Assembly: GCF_001194135.2 (NCBI RefSeq)
Contig: NC_068982.1
Span: 192,171,612 to 192,235,611, forward strand
DNA from: Octopus bimaculoides
Lineage: Eukaryota
Reading direction: 5' to 3'
DNA: 64,000 bases
Position numbers and translations under genes: made by a program. Every line of letters begins with the position of its first letter. Position 1 is the stretch's first letter. The notes under the pieces were generated by a model. It saw only the letters and a program-made list of their open reading frames with translations, ran no database searches and had not been told where the DNA came from. Below are positions 52,128 through 64,000 of the stretch, piece by piece.

Positions 52128-52996
52128 CGAGGTCTGATCAATAAGTATCCGGACTGTTGCCATAGGAGCGAAGCTAAAGAACACAGAATAAAGCTGCTTG
52201 TCAAAGATTGACCTTCAACTCTGTTGTACATGCGCACTAAGTTTTAATGTTCTAGCTCACTTCTACTGTTTATAGCACTGCTTGGAAGGAAGGTGTGTAG
52301 TGTGTGATTGTCGCATTGACCATGACAGAGGAAGTTGTCATGGAGATAGCTGTTCAGAGGCCTAAAGCAAAGTTGCAGAAAATGTATGGAGAGGAGTGTA
52401 TGAACTGCACACAAGTGGTTCAGACATTTCCCAGATGGCCAAAAAAATGTCGATAGTGACAAACATTCTGGGAAACCCACAACCAGCAGAATTGAGAAAA
52501 ACATCACAGATGTGTGTGCAGCTGTGGGGGGAAATCATCGAATCACCATCCCTGAGTGATCAGAGGATGTGCAGATTAATTACGGTCCAGTTCAGTCCAT
52601 TATCACTGAAAATTTGGGTATGAGACACGTCTCTGTCAAGTTTGTGCCAAAACTGCTTTCAGCTGACGAAAAAGACACTTGGGTTTCAGTTGCACAAAAT
52701 CTCCTTGATTGTGTTGAGAACAATGAAAACTTTTTGAAAACTAAGTATTGCCAAGCTTTTGGCAAAATTTGATGCAGTTTCTTTGCCCAACTTTCTCTGT
52801 CATGGTCAATGTGATGATCACACGCTACACACCTTCCTTCCAAACACTGCTGTAAACAGCAAAAGTGAGCTAGAATGTTGAAGCTTAGTGCACATGCACA
52901 GCAGAGTTGAAAGTCAATCTGTGTCAAGCAGCTTCATTCTGGGTGTTTTAGCTTCATTATTATGGCAACAGTCTGGATATTATTGATCGGACCACG
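52128..52996. mobile_element. Fold-back mariner derivative: 5' end duplicated in inverted orientation
   Basis: TA|CGAGGTCTGATCAATAAGTATCCGGACTGTTGCCAT...ATGGCAACAGTCTGGATATTATTGATCGGACCACG|TA. Inverted similarity runs ~210 bp. Internal N-terminal transposase LGMRHVSVKFVPKLLSADEK. Confidence 0.88.
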
Positions 52997-53939
52997 TATG
53001 TGTAACATAAATTATATTATCAACATATATATAATTGAGATAATGTTATGTTAATATATACATAATAGAAATAAAATCATCATCATCATCGTCATTTAAC
53101 GTCCGTTTTCCATGCTGGCATGGGTTGGACAATTTGATTGAGGACAGGCAAACCAGTTGGCTACACCAGGCTCCAATCCAACCTGGCAATGTTTCTACAG
53201 CTGGATGCCCTTCCTAATGCCAACCACTCCAAGAGTGTAGTGTGTGCTTTTTACATGCCACCAGCATGAGGGTCAGTCAGCCGGCACTGGCAACAACCAC
53301 ACTCGGTGCTTTTTACGTGCTACCGCTATGGGAGCCAGTCAGGCGGCACTGGCAACAATCATGCTCAGATGGTACTTTTTTTTCAAATTTTGACCAGTAA
53401 GTTTGGGGAGAGCGGGTAAGTCAATTACATCAACCCCAGTGCATGACTGGTACTTATTTTATCAACCCTGAAAGGATGAAAGGCAAAGTCAGTCTTTTCA
53501 GAATGTAAAGATGGACAAAATGTCACTAAATATTTTACTTGGCATGCTAGCAATTCTGCTGACTCACCCCTTCATGTTAATGTGTATATTAACAGATATT
53601 AGTCCCTAGCATGGACACAGTACTTTGTTTTGCCACCATAATATACTGCCAAGTACATTAAAGGTTTATAAGTCATTATTCTGTCGTACTTTTTGTATGA
53701 GTAGACTGATATTCTCATTTTTAAGTGATAAACTATAGATTTTTTTATCATTTATCACATGCCATATAAATGATAAATATAATAATTCTTCTTTTTCTCT
53801 TACAGCCTAGCTCTACCTTTTTCCAACTCTCATATCTAGTCTTTCCTCAACTACAACACTGATTCCTTTTGAATAACATAAAGGGGAGATAAATCTTACC
53901 CTGAATAACAAAGAGTAGTCTTCCCCAGGCAAGAATTGA

Positions 53940-54147
53940 ATTCAAGAAGAGACTACATCACCCGCAACGGAACTTAGAAATAGCAGCCAAATTCCCTTTG
54001 AATGACACCCAACCATCTTGAAAAGAGAGAATTACATTGGATAACTCAGTCCTAGGTACACAAGGCCAAAGAAAAGGATTGGGTAGTTTTGGTTGTGGGT
54101 CTGCTGCACAGTCAGAGCAGAGCTGACCTGGGGTTAAATAACAACTT
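53940..54147 (+). mobile_element. Dispersed repeat with (CAA)n-type tail (SINE/LINE 3' end, family D)
   Basis: GAAATAGCAGCCAAA...GCTGACCTGGGGTTAAATAACAAC, recurring at ~60243-60440(-), 30470-30570(-), 40120-40200(-), 57745-57860(+). Confidence 0.55.
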
Positions 54148-54732
54148 TTTCTTGGATTTGATCTTTAAGTGTGAAATACCTTAATCACAGACAATACTGT
54201 CCACTCAGCTAGCTGTATGGTATCCACTGTTGATCAAATAAACTGAGCCAGAGTTTGGTATCTTTCTTACAGGCAACTGACAACATATTAATTACTGATA
54301 TGTCATTTACATGTTCATCTGTGATTATATTTTTTATTAATTAGTGTGTTTGTAAATTAATATCTTTTTATCAATATCGGGCATCATCAGACTGCAACTA
54401 TGTCGTTTATAGAACAATTTATTACATCACCCCCCNNNNNNNNNNCACACACACACATGCACACCACCACCACCACCACCAGGACTTAGTTTATTGATCT
54501 TGGGAGGATGACAAGCAATTTCAGTTTGGTTAGGATTTGAACCCCTGAACACAGTGGGCTGCACCAAAAAATGTTTTTCCAACATGCAACAAATTGAGTC
54601 ACTTATCCGTCATACACTGATAATAATGATGATGATGACAATTATGAGATTAATGATGGTGGTGGCAGTGGTGGTGTCGATGGTGATGATATTTATTCTT
54701 ATGATTTCTTTAAATGTCTTCTATTAACACAG

Positions 54733-54965
54733 GTAGAATTGTCAGTTGTAAGTGATGGCTATGTGCGTTTTGGGAACGTTGTTCAAATAAAGAACTTGGG
54801 TGATCCATCTCGGATTTATTTTGGAAGACCTCGAGTGGACTGTGTATTGTCTGCCAATTGTGATACTGACTTGGTATTCAATGGAGGTTTGTTAGTCCCT
54901 CCTTGTAAAATCACAGGTTCAAGACAGGCTTCTCCTTGTTTGAGAAACAGTTTTATAATAACCAG
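54733..54965 (+). CDS. CFAP161: CFAP161 coding exon 3 (gene continues; later exons not found in window)
   Basis: Acceptor ACACAG|GTA. Translates VELSVVSDGYVRFGNVVQIKNLGDPSRIYFGRPRVDCVLSANCD...PPCKITGSRQASPCLRNSFIIT (cf. MQLSVTEDGYIHYGDKV...VPCGLSAVQAKTPIGRNTFII). Phase-2 donor AG|GTAAGT. 233 nt. Confidence 0.9.
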
Positions 54966-55071
54966 GTAAGTTTTCCAAAGGATTTTGTTGTTTCAGTTCT
55001 ACATATCCGGCCCTTTATGTTGATGGTCATCATTTTCGTAGGGTACCGGTCCATTCATTATTATTATTATT

Positions 55072-55505
55072 ATTGAGTGAGAGAGCAGTGCATGTCATCA
55101 ACATAAACAGTGCGTGACCTTGCAGATGGGGCCCAGTTAGTATTTTCTTCAGATCGAGTAGTCCATCCTACTCAAAAGGTCCCTGAATAAGGTTTGTTTA
55201 AGGATGTTGAATAAAACACCCATGTTTCCAGAGGTGAATTATTCAAACCCCAAAGAACTCCTCTCAGCACATGGCTATGATGCTCCCCCACTACTTCTGC
55301 TCATGATCAGAGATGCACATATTGTCAGCCACTAAGGGACATGCTCAACTGGTTAAGGTCAAACAACTGACAAGCAAATCTGTGGTATTGAGCAGAATAT
55401 TTGCTGTAGCCCATCTTTTATACCAACACAAAACAATGTACATGATAACACTTCCAATCAATTAAGATCAGAAGCCATGAAAGCCACTGCCTGGTACTGC
55501 ATCAG
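55072..55505 (-). mobile_element. ~430-bp retroposon-like repeat embedded in an (ATT)n tract
   Basis: Balanced-composition non-coding block flanked on both sides by (ATT)n, consistent with an (AAT)n-tailed retroposon end; family not identified. Confidence 0.45.
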
Positions 55506-55850
55506 TATTATTATTATAATTATTATTATTTGACCTACAATCACAGTGGTTCTGCAAAATCCATCCCTGGACCCAAATTACATTCACACATCCATCACAA
55601 GTAGATGCAGCTTCTTACTGTTTCGTTTTTTTTTTCTATTACTCTTTTTAGGTCCTCTCCTTCAAACACTCGTATGTTGAATCCGACGGGAGCGACCATC
55701 ATCATCATCATCATTATTATTGGTGGTGGTGGTGGTGGTGGTGGTCATTATTATTATAGAGTTGATAAAGAGTAATTTAAAGGATAATAAGCCACTATTT
55801 CTAGCCAGTCACCTAATTGCATAGAAGTTCCCTGTATTTAATTGCGTATA

Positions 55851-55958
55851 TTTACCTGAATATACATTTATATTTACCTGAATATATATATTTACCTGAA
55901 TATATATATTTACCTGAATATACATTTATATTTACCTGAATATATATATTTACCTGAA
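55851..55958. repeat. Minisatellite: six copies of TTTACCTGAA with TA-rich spacers
   Basis: Copy starts at 55851, 55873, 55891, 55909, 55931, 55949 (periods 22, 18, 18, 22, 18). Confidence 0.9.
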
Positions 55959-56881
55959 TATACACAGAGCAAAACACCATTTATTGTGGTGATTCAGTGG
56001 TAGATTCTTAAATGAGAAAAAATTATGTCAGAAAGTTTTGGGGGTTCAAGTAGCAGCTCAGTTGATCTCGCTTTGCCATTATATATAAGTGGAGGGGGGG
56101 GGGGCCCATGTTCCCCAGTGGTACAGTGATATTAACCTTTTACTCTAGCAAACCTAGTAAAACTAGACTGAGGTTTCAAATCAAACCTGTTGGAATTCAT
56201 TTAATGCAATTCATTTTCATTCAGTTATTAAATTCTTCACTTTTCTTTCTCCCTGTAACCATTCTATTCTTTTTCCTTTCTCCCATAAAATAATTATTTT
56301 GTTTATCTCAAGTAATGTAAACAAAATGTAATCTTTTGAAACCAAATTTTTAGTGGCAATGAAAGTGATGATGGTCAGCTGCTACACTATAACCAAACAT
56401 TTTATCTCAGAATTCCAGACCAAATCGGTGGACACGTGAGTTTTATACAGTCTTTTTGTCTTTTACTTGTTTCAGTCATTAAAATGCAGCCATGCTGGAG
56501 CACTGCCTTGAAGGATTTTAGCCAAACAAATTGACTCCAGTATTTAATTTCTTTAAGCCTGATATTCTATCAGTCTCTTTTGCTGAACTGCAATGTTACA
56601 GTGACATAAACACACCAACACCGGTTGTCAAGTACTGGTGGGGACAGACACAAACACACACACATGCACACACACACACACACATGCACACACACACACA
56701 CACACACACACATACAGCAAGCTTCTTTCAGATTCCATCTATCAAATCTATTCTCAATGCTTTGGTTGGCCCAAGGCTATAGTAAAATACACTTGCCCAA
56801 GGTTCCACACAGTGGGACTGAACCCAGAACCATGTGGTTGAGAAACAAACTTCTTACCACACAGTCATGCCCGTGCCAGTG

Positions 56882-56915
<34 letters not shown>

Positions 56916-57335
56916 GTCTTAAATCTTTCTCCATTCTGTGAGTATATCTTATTAAGGCTGAATTTAACATTTCTTTTTTTTTTTTTTCTGAAATCATTCC
57001 AGTTGGTACCAGTAAGTGATTAGAATTAATCAAATTGCCAATGCTCCATTGTACTCTTGTGGAAAATAACGAGTATTTTATGATGTTGTTATTGCTAAAT
57101 GTTGGCTTCAACTTGTCCTGTTTATTATATTTAGCTGTATTTACAAAGTGACCGATTTGATTTCTCCAAATGTTCCCTACGTGCCCGCCACCAACAAGTC
57201 TTCCTCAGTGATCAAACAATGTATTTGGCCAAGTGGCGAGTTCTTTATTTCAACCAATTACTCAGACTTGAACATGACTACCATCCTGTTTGTGTAAGTA
57301 GCAATTATACTTTCATCATCATTCGTGAAAAAGAG

Positions 57336-57383
<48 letters not shown>

Positions 57384-58599
57384 GTAGATGTATATATCTG
57401 CATCTCTGTGTGTATACATGTATCATTATCATCGTTGTCATCATCATTTAGCATCTGCTTTCCATGCTGGCATGAGTTAGACGGTTTGACTGGAACTGAG
57501 AAAGTTGCACCGGGTTCCAGTCTAATTTTGGCAGAGTTTCTACAGCTGGAAGCCCTTCCTAATGCCAACCACTCTGAGAGTGTAGAGGATGTCTTTCACG
57601 TGTCACCAACAGGTGTACTTCTATGTGTCACCGGCATGGGTGCTCAAATGTGTCACTGGTGCTTTTATGTGTCATAATTATATGAAGAGTAATTAAAACA
57701 ATTATTCACCCTTCTATTAATTAAAAATCCTTTTAATTAACACGACATAGTCAAAGACAGGATGGCCACAGCTAGAATACCTTTAATCAAGCTCTGAATA
57801 CCTTTAATCAATCTCTGCTTGATCAAGGATGACACCTCAGGTTAAATGACAACAACCTATGTCAGGTCACTAATGTCATTGGGAAAAGGCATGACAGCCT
57901 CGACTTCCATTTGTTCCTTAAGCTTCCAGCTCACCTAAAATTGCAAAGAGTACCCAAGCAGGGTACCTTTCAAGAAGGAGATACACGGTCAGTTCTTCAT
58001 TATACACTGAACATCCTTTTCTGCCCCTTTAGGGACGGATGAGGGGTAGTTACAGTCCTTTATTTCCTTTTAGGGTCTCCAAGACTGATGAGTAAATAGT
58101 GAAGTTGATATAGGAGTGGCTGTGTGGTAAGTAGCTTGCTTACCAACCACATGGTTCTGGGTTCAGTCCCACTGTGTGGCACCTTGGTCAAGTGTCTTCT
58201 ACTATAGCCTCGGGCCGACCAAAGCCTTGTGATTNNNNNNNNNNAGTCCCACTGTGTGGCACCTTGGTCAAGTGTCTTCTACTATAGCCTCGGGCCGACC
58301 AAAGCCTTGTGATTGGATTTGGTAGACGGAAACTGAAAGAAGCCCGTCGAATATATGTATATATATGTATGTATGTGTCTGTGTTTGTCCCCCCCAGCAT
58401 CGTTTGACAACCGATGCTGGGGTGTTTACGGGGGTCAATGCTCCAGCATGGCCACAGTCAAATGACTGAAACAAGTAAAAGAGTAAAAGAGTATAATTAT
58501 GGATGGATGGGTGGATAGATGACTGGATGGATCAGAGTTGTACTACTCACTGCGACCTGGCTAACATAACTCTTTCATAATCTCTAAATATGTATATAG

Positions 58600-58607
58600 T
58601 CATCATT

Positions 58608-58647
<40 letters not shown>

Positions 58648-58690
58648 CCATCACCATCATCATCATTATCATCATCATTATCACCATCAT
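58600..58690. repeat. (CAT)n microsatellite, representative of many SSRs
   Basis: Other SSRs include (GTT)n 61-99 in the GOLPH3 3'UTR, (AG)n ~16255-16312, (TA)n ~18433-18468, (GGT)n ~49345-49380 and (CA)n ~57338-57377. Confidence 0.9.
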
Positions 58691-59464
58691 ATATGTTGAG
58701 AGAGATTGGAAGTTTGTGCTCCAGCCAGTAATTTAATGAAAAGAAAGAAAGCCGATTCACATGTGTTGATATGAAAGTGAATTGAGTGTGAAGAATGTCA
58801 AAGAGCCTTCCTTTTAACACCAGTTTTGAGGTTTTATATTCTTTCACTCAGATGATGATGATGATATCCACAAGTCATGGGTACCAAAACCCCTGACAAT
58901 CCCTTCCCTTCCATACACACACACACTCGGTCTCAGTCACTCGTACAATTATTTGTAGATGTTATAAATGTATATTTTCTGGGAGAAGTCTTTTATGTTC
59001 CAACGTACAAATGGTTCCATATGGTAGAGAGATGAGTCAAAGAGTTTGTTCTCTCACTATCTTGATTTCTAACCATGCCAGGGAATGCATTGATTATAAA
59101 CTTGTAGGGTGGATAAAGTAGATAACAATATATTGAGAGAGATACAGGTGTATCCAATGTTCTGACAGTGTGTAGTGACTCATGGAGATTATTTTCAATT
59201 CAAATTTATTGACGATATACCGAGACACATGAGCCACTGGATAAGATGCCAGTCTATCTGGCAAATAACTCACATACACTGTTCTGATGCACACACACAC
59301 ACATTCATAGGCACAAGTGTGGCTATTTGGCGAGAAGCTTACTTTCATATTACATGGCTCTTGGTTCAGTCCTACCACATGACACCTCACTTGAGTCTCT
59401 TCTACCATATCCCAGGCCAATCAATGCCTTATGAGTGGATTTGGTTGATGAAGGAAGCTTATCA

Positions 59465-59499
<35 letters not shown>

Positions 59500-61261
59500 T
59501 AAAGTGATTGTCACTGTTATACAAGCAGTATCATTCATTTCTAATATTCTGCACAAACATGTCGAGTCATGGGGAAATATTACTTTGGTTGGAAAACAGG
59601 TAAGGGTTGGTGACAGGAAGAAAGAGCATCCAGCTATAGAAAATCTGCCTCATTAAACTCCAGCTGACCCATAAGGGGTTTACAAAGATGGACATTGTCT
59701 TTAGGATAGAGACAGAAGTCTATTGGAGTGATCTATTATCATCATCTTCATCGTCGTTATTTTCACATGTACTTTTCCGTGCTTGATTGAGTCTAAAAGA
59801 ATTCATTGAGGCAGATCCTCTGTGGTTGGATACCCTTCCTACTGCCAACTTCCATGTGTTCCAATCCTCCGGACATCGACAGCAAACAATGACTAGACAT
59901 ATTCTCATGGAAGATCACAGATAAATGTCACCAATTGTATGCCAGTGATGTTTGTTAACAACCATCATCTGATGTCAAGACAAGGGGACACACATACACA
60001 CACACACACACACTGAATACCTCTTTTTAGTTTCTGTCTACCAAATTCACTGACAAGGCTTTGGTCAGCCAAGTTTATAGTAGAAGACACTTGCCCTATG
60101 TACAACCATTTAACTACGAGACAAACTAAAATCCATCAATTTAATTAGTTTCCACAGAACCCAAACAATAGGTTTTCAGGAGAGAGGAACTTATGCCTAA
60201 GAGTTGATAATCCAATATCTTCTCTATTTGACCATTTCATATCTAGTTGTTGTTGTTGTTGTTGTTGTTTTGCCCCAGATCAGCTTAACCAAGCAGACTA
60301 ATGATCAAAGGCATTCCAACCTTGACGTTTCCATCAGACTTTCTATCTAGGATTATCCAATGTTTCCTTTGTTTTTTTTTACATTGTAGCATGTGATTTG
60401 AGGGAAGATTCAGCAGCTATTTCTAGCAGGTTGAGTTAACCTGATTAGTCAATAGAGAAATATGGGGTGATAGAGTTGAGTCTGTTTCTATTTTCATGAA
60501 ACTGTTTTCTTAACGAAATAATCAATATTTCTTTGTCATCGTTAACAACAGCTGTAAGAATAAATCAAAGCCGACAAAAGAAAAGGGAAAAAATAAATAT
60601 TAAACTTTTAAACTTTTATATTTTACTGACAAAGAGTGAAGGTAGAGGTGGATTTTGAATTGTGTTTAGCAGTCACTTACCTTCAATGTATAGCTTCTTT
60701 GAGCATCGGCACACTAAAATTTCCCCACCTAGCAGCTAAATTGGTAGAAGCCCACAAGATTCCCCACCATCTTTCCAACAACGGCTTTGGCTACTTTTGT
60801 ATTCAACACTTCTACCACCCATGTTTATAAAAACAGGAAACAAAGCAGCATCCATGACTTTCAGAAACATTTTTCAAGCTCAAAATTGTTGAAACATGGA
60901 ATACTCCTTGTGTTGGTTTTTTACTGTCAGGACATTGTATCCTTCAAAAATTCCATGTTTCCTGAAATTCACCTGCACAGTCCACACATGGCACCCTTTC
61001 CTCTTCATGACTCCTTTACTGTCATTTTTCTNNNNNNNNNNTTATATCTTATTTTGTCTACTCTTGATGTTCTTCTAATTCTCATTGCTGTCTTTCTTTA
61101 CTTATATGTCTACTTTATACCTCCTCTTTTACATTTTCCAGCAAGTTGAAATGTACCTGAACACTGTGTATAATAAGCTTGTCGTCATCGTTGTTGTTGT
61201 TGTTGTTGTTGTTGCCGCCACTGCTATCATCATCATCATCATCATTGTCATCATCATTATT

Positions 61262-61470
61262 AAGGCAGCAGGCTGGCAGAATCGTTAGCACACCAGGAAA
61301 CATGTTTAATAGCATTTCATCCATCTTTACATTCTCAGTTCAAATTCTTCTGAGGTCAACTTTATCTTTCGTCTTTTGGGGGTTAGTAAAATAAGTACCA
61401 GTTGAGTACTGGGGGTCGATGTAATCTACTTACCCCTTCCCCAAAAATTTCTGGCCTTATACCAATATTT
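61262..61470 (+). mobile_element. Second tRNA-like SINE (family C)
   Basis: AAGGCAGCAGGCTGGCAGAATCGTTAGCAC...GTTCAAATTC...GGGGTCGATGTAATC. Related copies at ~33290-33535(-), 35105-35320(+), 53395-53570(-). Confidence 0.7.
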
Positions 61471-62249
61471 AGTCTTCTGAGCAGATTGATGATAATCTTC
61501 TTCTTAGCTATTCTTTATTTATTTATTTATTTTAATTTCTGGGAAACCAACTTTTCTGTGAAAATCATAAAAGAGAGAACAAGGCCCTGGCCTCTTCTCT
61601 TAATGTTTCTCACTTCAAGAGACACTTGTTTCCAGATCAACTTCAAAAGTAACATTTTAATTCTACCACTTATTAAACAATTCCAAATCGTCAGCACATG
61701 ACGAACAATGCTAATTGGTTTCTTTATAGAAAATTATTTTTTGTTGTTTGCTATCTGACATCCAACATAACAGCAATCGATATCAATGGTAAATTGAGGT
61801 CTGATGACAATACAAATGAATATATACACACGTGCATGCATGCACAGAGGTTTCTTTCAGTTTCTGTCTACCAAATCCACTCACAAGGCTTTGGAAGGTC
61901 TCTTGTGGGCTCTGCCCCTTCCTCCACACTCAGCAATCAATTCTAATCAAAGAATTATTATTGCTTTGTCTACTTATGGTAGAGTTTATCATCAGTACAT
62001 GTATCTATATATGGTAATGTGTGTGTGTGTGTGTGTTTGTGAGTGCGTCTGTGCACATGAAAAAGTGTGTAAGTGTGTGTGCATATGGCAATGTGCATGT
62101 ATGTGTGTATTAACTTCAGTTTTTTTTTCTGTTGAAGGCAAACAAAACAGTGATCCTTAACCATGTCTACACAAATCAGAACCTCAATGTTGAAGACACT
62201 TCTCGTTTGCTCAGGTAATTACAGCTTTCTTAATTCCATTCCCGCTTCT

Positions 62250-63070
62250 TTCCTCACTCATTCACTCCTTGCTCCTCTCACTGCTACACGTCCAGATCAA
62301 ATTTATCAATCAGCAATCCAAACAGACAGTAACATGGTAGATAAAGTCATGAAGGATATGGAAATGGGGAAATCAAATCAGGAATCACTGCTGAGATGCT
62401 TAAGATATCTGGCAGAGTGGGTTAAGCTCTAATCACCTGTATAGTTAATCTGGATAGGCTGTTACCTTTGTTGGTAACAAACGGCCTCTCCCTCAGAGTG
62501 AAAAGCAAATTGTTTGATGCCTGTGTACAAACAGCCATGCTACATGGCAGTGAAATGCAGGCTGTGATCGCAGAGGACATGTGAAGGCTTGAAGGAAATG
62601 AAGCCAGTNNNNNNNNNNACATGTGAAGGCTTGAAGGAAATGAAGCCAGTATGCTCCGCTGGATGTGTAATGTCAGTGTGCATACAGGACAGAGTGTAAG
62701 CACCCTGAGAGACAAACTGGCCATAAGAGGCATCAGATGTGGTGCACAAGAGAGACAACTGCGCTAGTGGGGTCATGTGATGCATATGGATGAGGACAGC
62801 TGTGTAAAGAAGTGCCGATCTCTAATTGTGGAGGGAACCTATGGAAGAGGTTAACCCAGGAAGACATGGGACGAGGTGTTGAAGATTACACCCACTACAC
62901 TCTTGGAATGGTTGGCATTAGGAAGGGCATCAAACCATAGAAACTAAGCCAAATCAAACTTGAACCTGGTGTAGCTCTCCGGCTTACCAGTTCCAGTCAA
63001 ACTGTCTAACCCATGCCAGCATGGAAAATGGACATTAAATGTTGATGATGATGATGATGATGATGATGAT
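62250..63070 (+). mobile_element. Internally deleted RTE LINE with (GAT)n tail
   Basis: SNMVDKVMKDMEMGK...ITAEMLKISGRV (RT start) joined to LLVTNGLSLRVKSKLFDAC...GAQERQLR...; ends GGACATTAAATGTTGATGATG. Confidence 0.75.
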
Positions 63071-63684
63071 ATATGTATATCATCATCATAATCTTCATCA
63101 TCATTTTAAGACCCACTTTTCCAGAAAATATGTGACACCCAATCAATGGTCTTGCAACAAGCAAAGTAGCTAATTAGAAAATCTCTAATTAGAGATGAAA
63201 GCAGTAACTATAGTGAGAAGTAATGATGTTTATCAGCATTTCAACATGGCTGTTCCATAGCATGGCTTTCGTCTCTTATTTTCTGTATATTGTGAACTGG
63301 AACGAACTCCTGCTGTCTGAAGCGGGGTGAGTATCCTCCACCAAGGACAAGCACAAAGAGCTCAAAACCATACAGTCTTGTGGTCCCATCTTTGGAAGGT
63401 GGTAAGGGTTCACGCCCCTGCTTGCAATATATATATCTGCATAATATATGGGTGCATATAATGTGTATTAGCAGCATGTGAGTCTTACATGTATGTCTCT
63501 ACATGTAATGCATTGTTGATGTACGCACATGATTTAGGAGTATATGCTATCTTTGTATGCATGGCTACATCTGCATCACCAAAGACTAATTGTTGCCTTA
63601 ATAGTAGTATTAAAAACTTCTAATTTACTTGTCCATACAACCCCACCATCCCATGGGGGAGGGGCCGATAAATTAGAAAGGAAC

Positions 63685-64000
63685 ATCATCATCATCATCA
63701 TCATCGTTTAACGTCCACTTTCCATGCTAGCATGGGTTGGACAATTTGACTGAGGACTGATGAAACTGGATGGCAACACCAGGCTCCAATCTGATTTGAC
63801 AGAGTTTCTACAGCTGGATGCCCTTCCCAACGCCAACCACTCCGAGAGTGTAGTGGGTGCTTTTACGTGCACCCCGGCATGAAGGCCAGTCAGGTGGTAC
63901 TGGCAATGGCTATGCTCAAAATGGTGTATTTTACATGCCACCTGCACAGGAGCCAGTTCAGCAGCACTGGCAATGATCTCACTCAAATGACTTTTCACAT
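63685..64000 (-). mobile_element. RTE 3'-tail module running off the window end
   Basis: CATCATCATCGTTTAACGTCCACTTTCCATGCTAGCATGGGTTGG followed by ~60-68-bp subrepeats. Confidence 0.85.

Noticed and set aside
55851-55958. CRISPR-like regularly spaced repeat
   Set aside because: Repeat is only 10 bp, spacers are 8-12-bp TA runs rather than unique sequence, there are no cas genes, and the context is eukaryotic.
58195-58300. Apparent tandem duplication inside a SINE (also 62570-62650 inside an RTE)
   Set aside because: Identical sequence on both sides of a 10-N gap is the signature of unmerged contig overlaps.
58584-58847. Acidic poly-Asp ORF and other low-complexity ORFs (THTHT, SLSLS, CVCVC)
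   Set aside because: Translations of (CAT)n, (CA)n and (AG)n microsatellites.
63241-63477. Minus-strand ORF resembling GST-omega (LPPSKDGTTRLY) or an HDAC/FAD motif (VLGGGY)
   Set aside because: Similarity stops after a few residues; no CP active-site motif or continuing homology, and no splice support on that strand.
54966-64000. Search for CFAP161 exon 4 (expected GxxLRYGQxF-like peptide, phase 2)
   Set aside because: Candidates at ~58960-59090 and 63261-63326 have AG sites but do not translate to CFAP161-like sequence; the exon probably lies beyond the window or in a gap.

Overview
This is eukaryotic (animal) genomic DNA from a gapped scaffold with six N runs. It is very probably Octopus or a close coleoid, inferred from the SINE/RTE repeat families. 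It holds two head-to-head protein-coding genes. (1) GOLPH3 is complete on the minus strand: three coding exons (42461-42258, 5253-5007, 541-117), 291 aa, with a 37-kb first coding intron. (2) The first three coding exons of the ciliary microtubule-inner-protein gene CFAP161 (C15orf26) lie on the plus strand (43233-43304, 49197-49286, 54733-54965); later exons were not found in the window. The two ATGs are 771 bp apart, with no recognisable TE between them and an RFX X-box about 60 bp upstream of the CFAP161 ATG. The rest is intron filled with decayed mobile DNA: RTE and Tx1/L1 LINE fragments, several tRNA-derived SINE families, pogo, mariner, maT (DD37D), Tc1, piggyBac-type and Kolobok-like MITEs, a Helitron and a deleted Ty3/Gypsy element, plus microsatellites. 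Most ORF-track entries are TE debris, antisense shadows or N-gap artefacts. I found no CRISPR array, rRNA, bona fide tRNA or prokaryote-like system, and I cannot support a wholly new biological system. The best leads are a fold-back mariner with ~210-bp inverted arms, a SINE head carrying swapped tails, a PHD-like finger inside RTE ORF2, a ~90-bp mini-Helitron, and the X-box-bearing bidirectional promoter. TE boundaries are read by eye and are approximate unless TIRs/TSDs are quoted.
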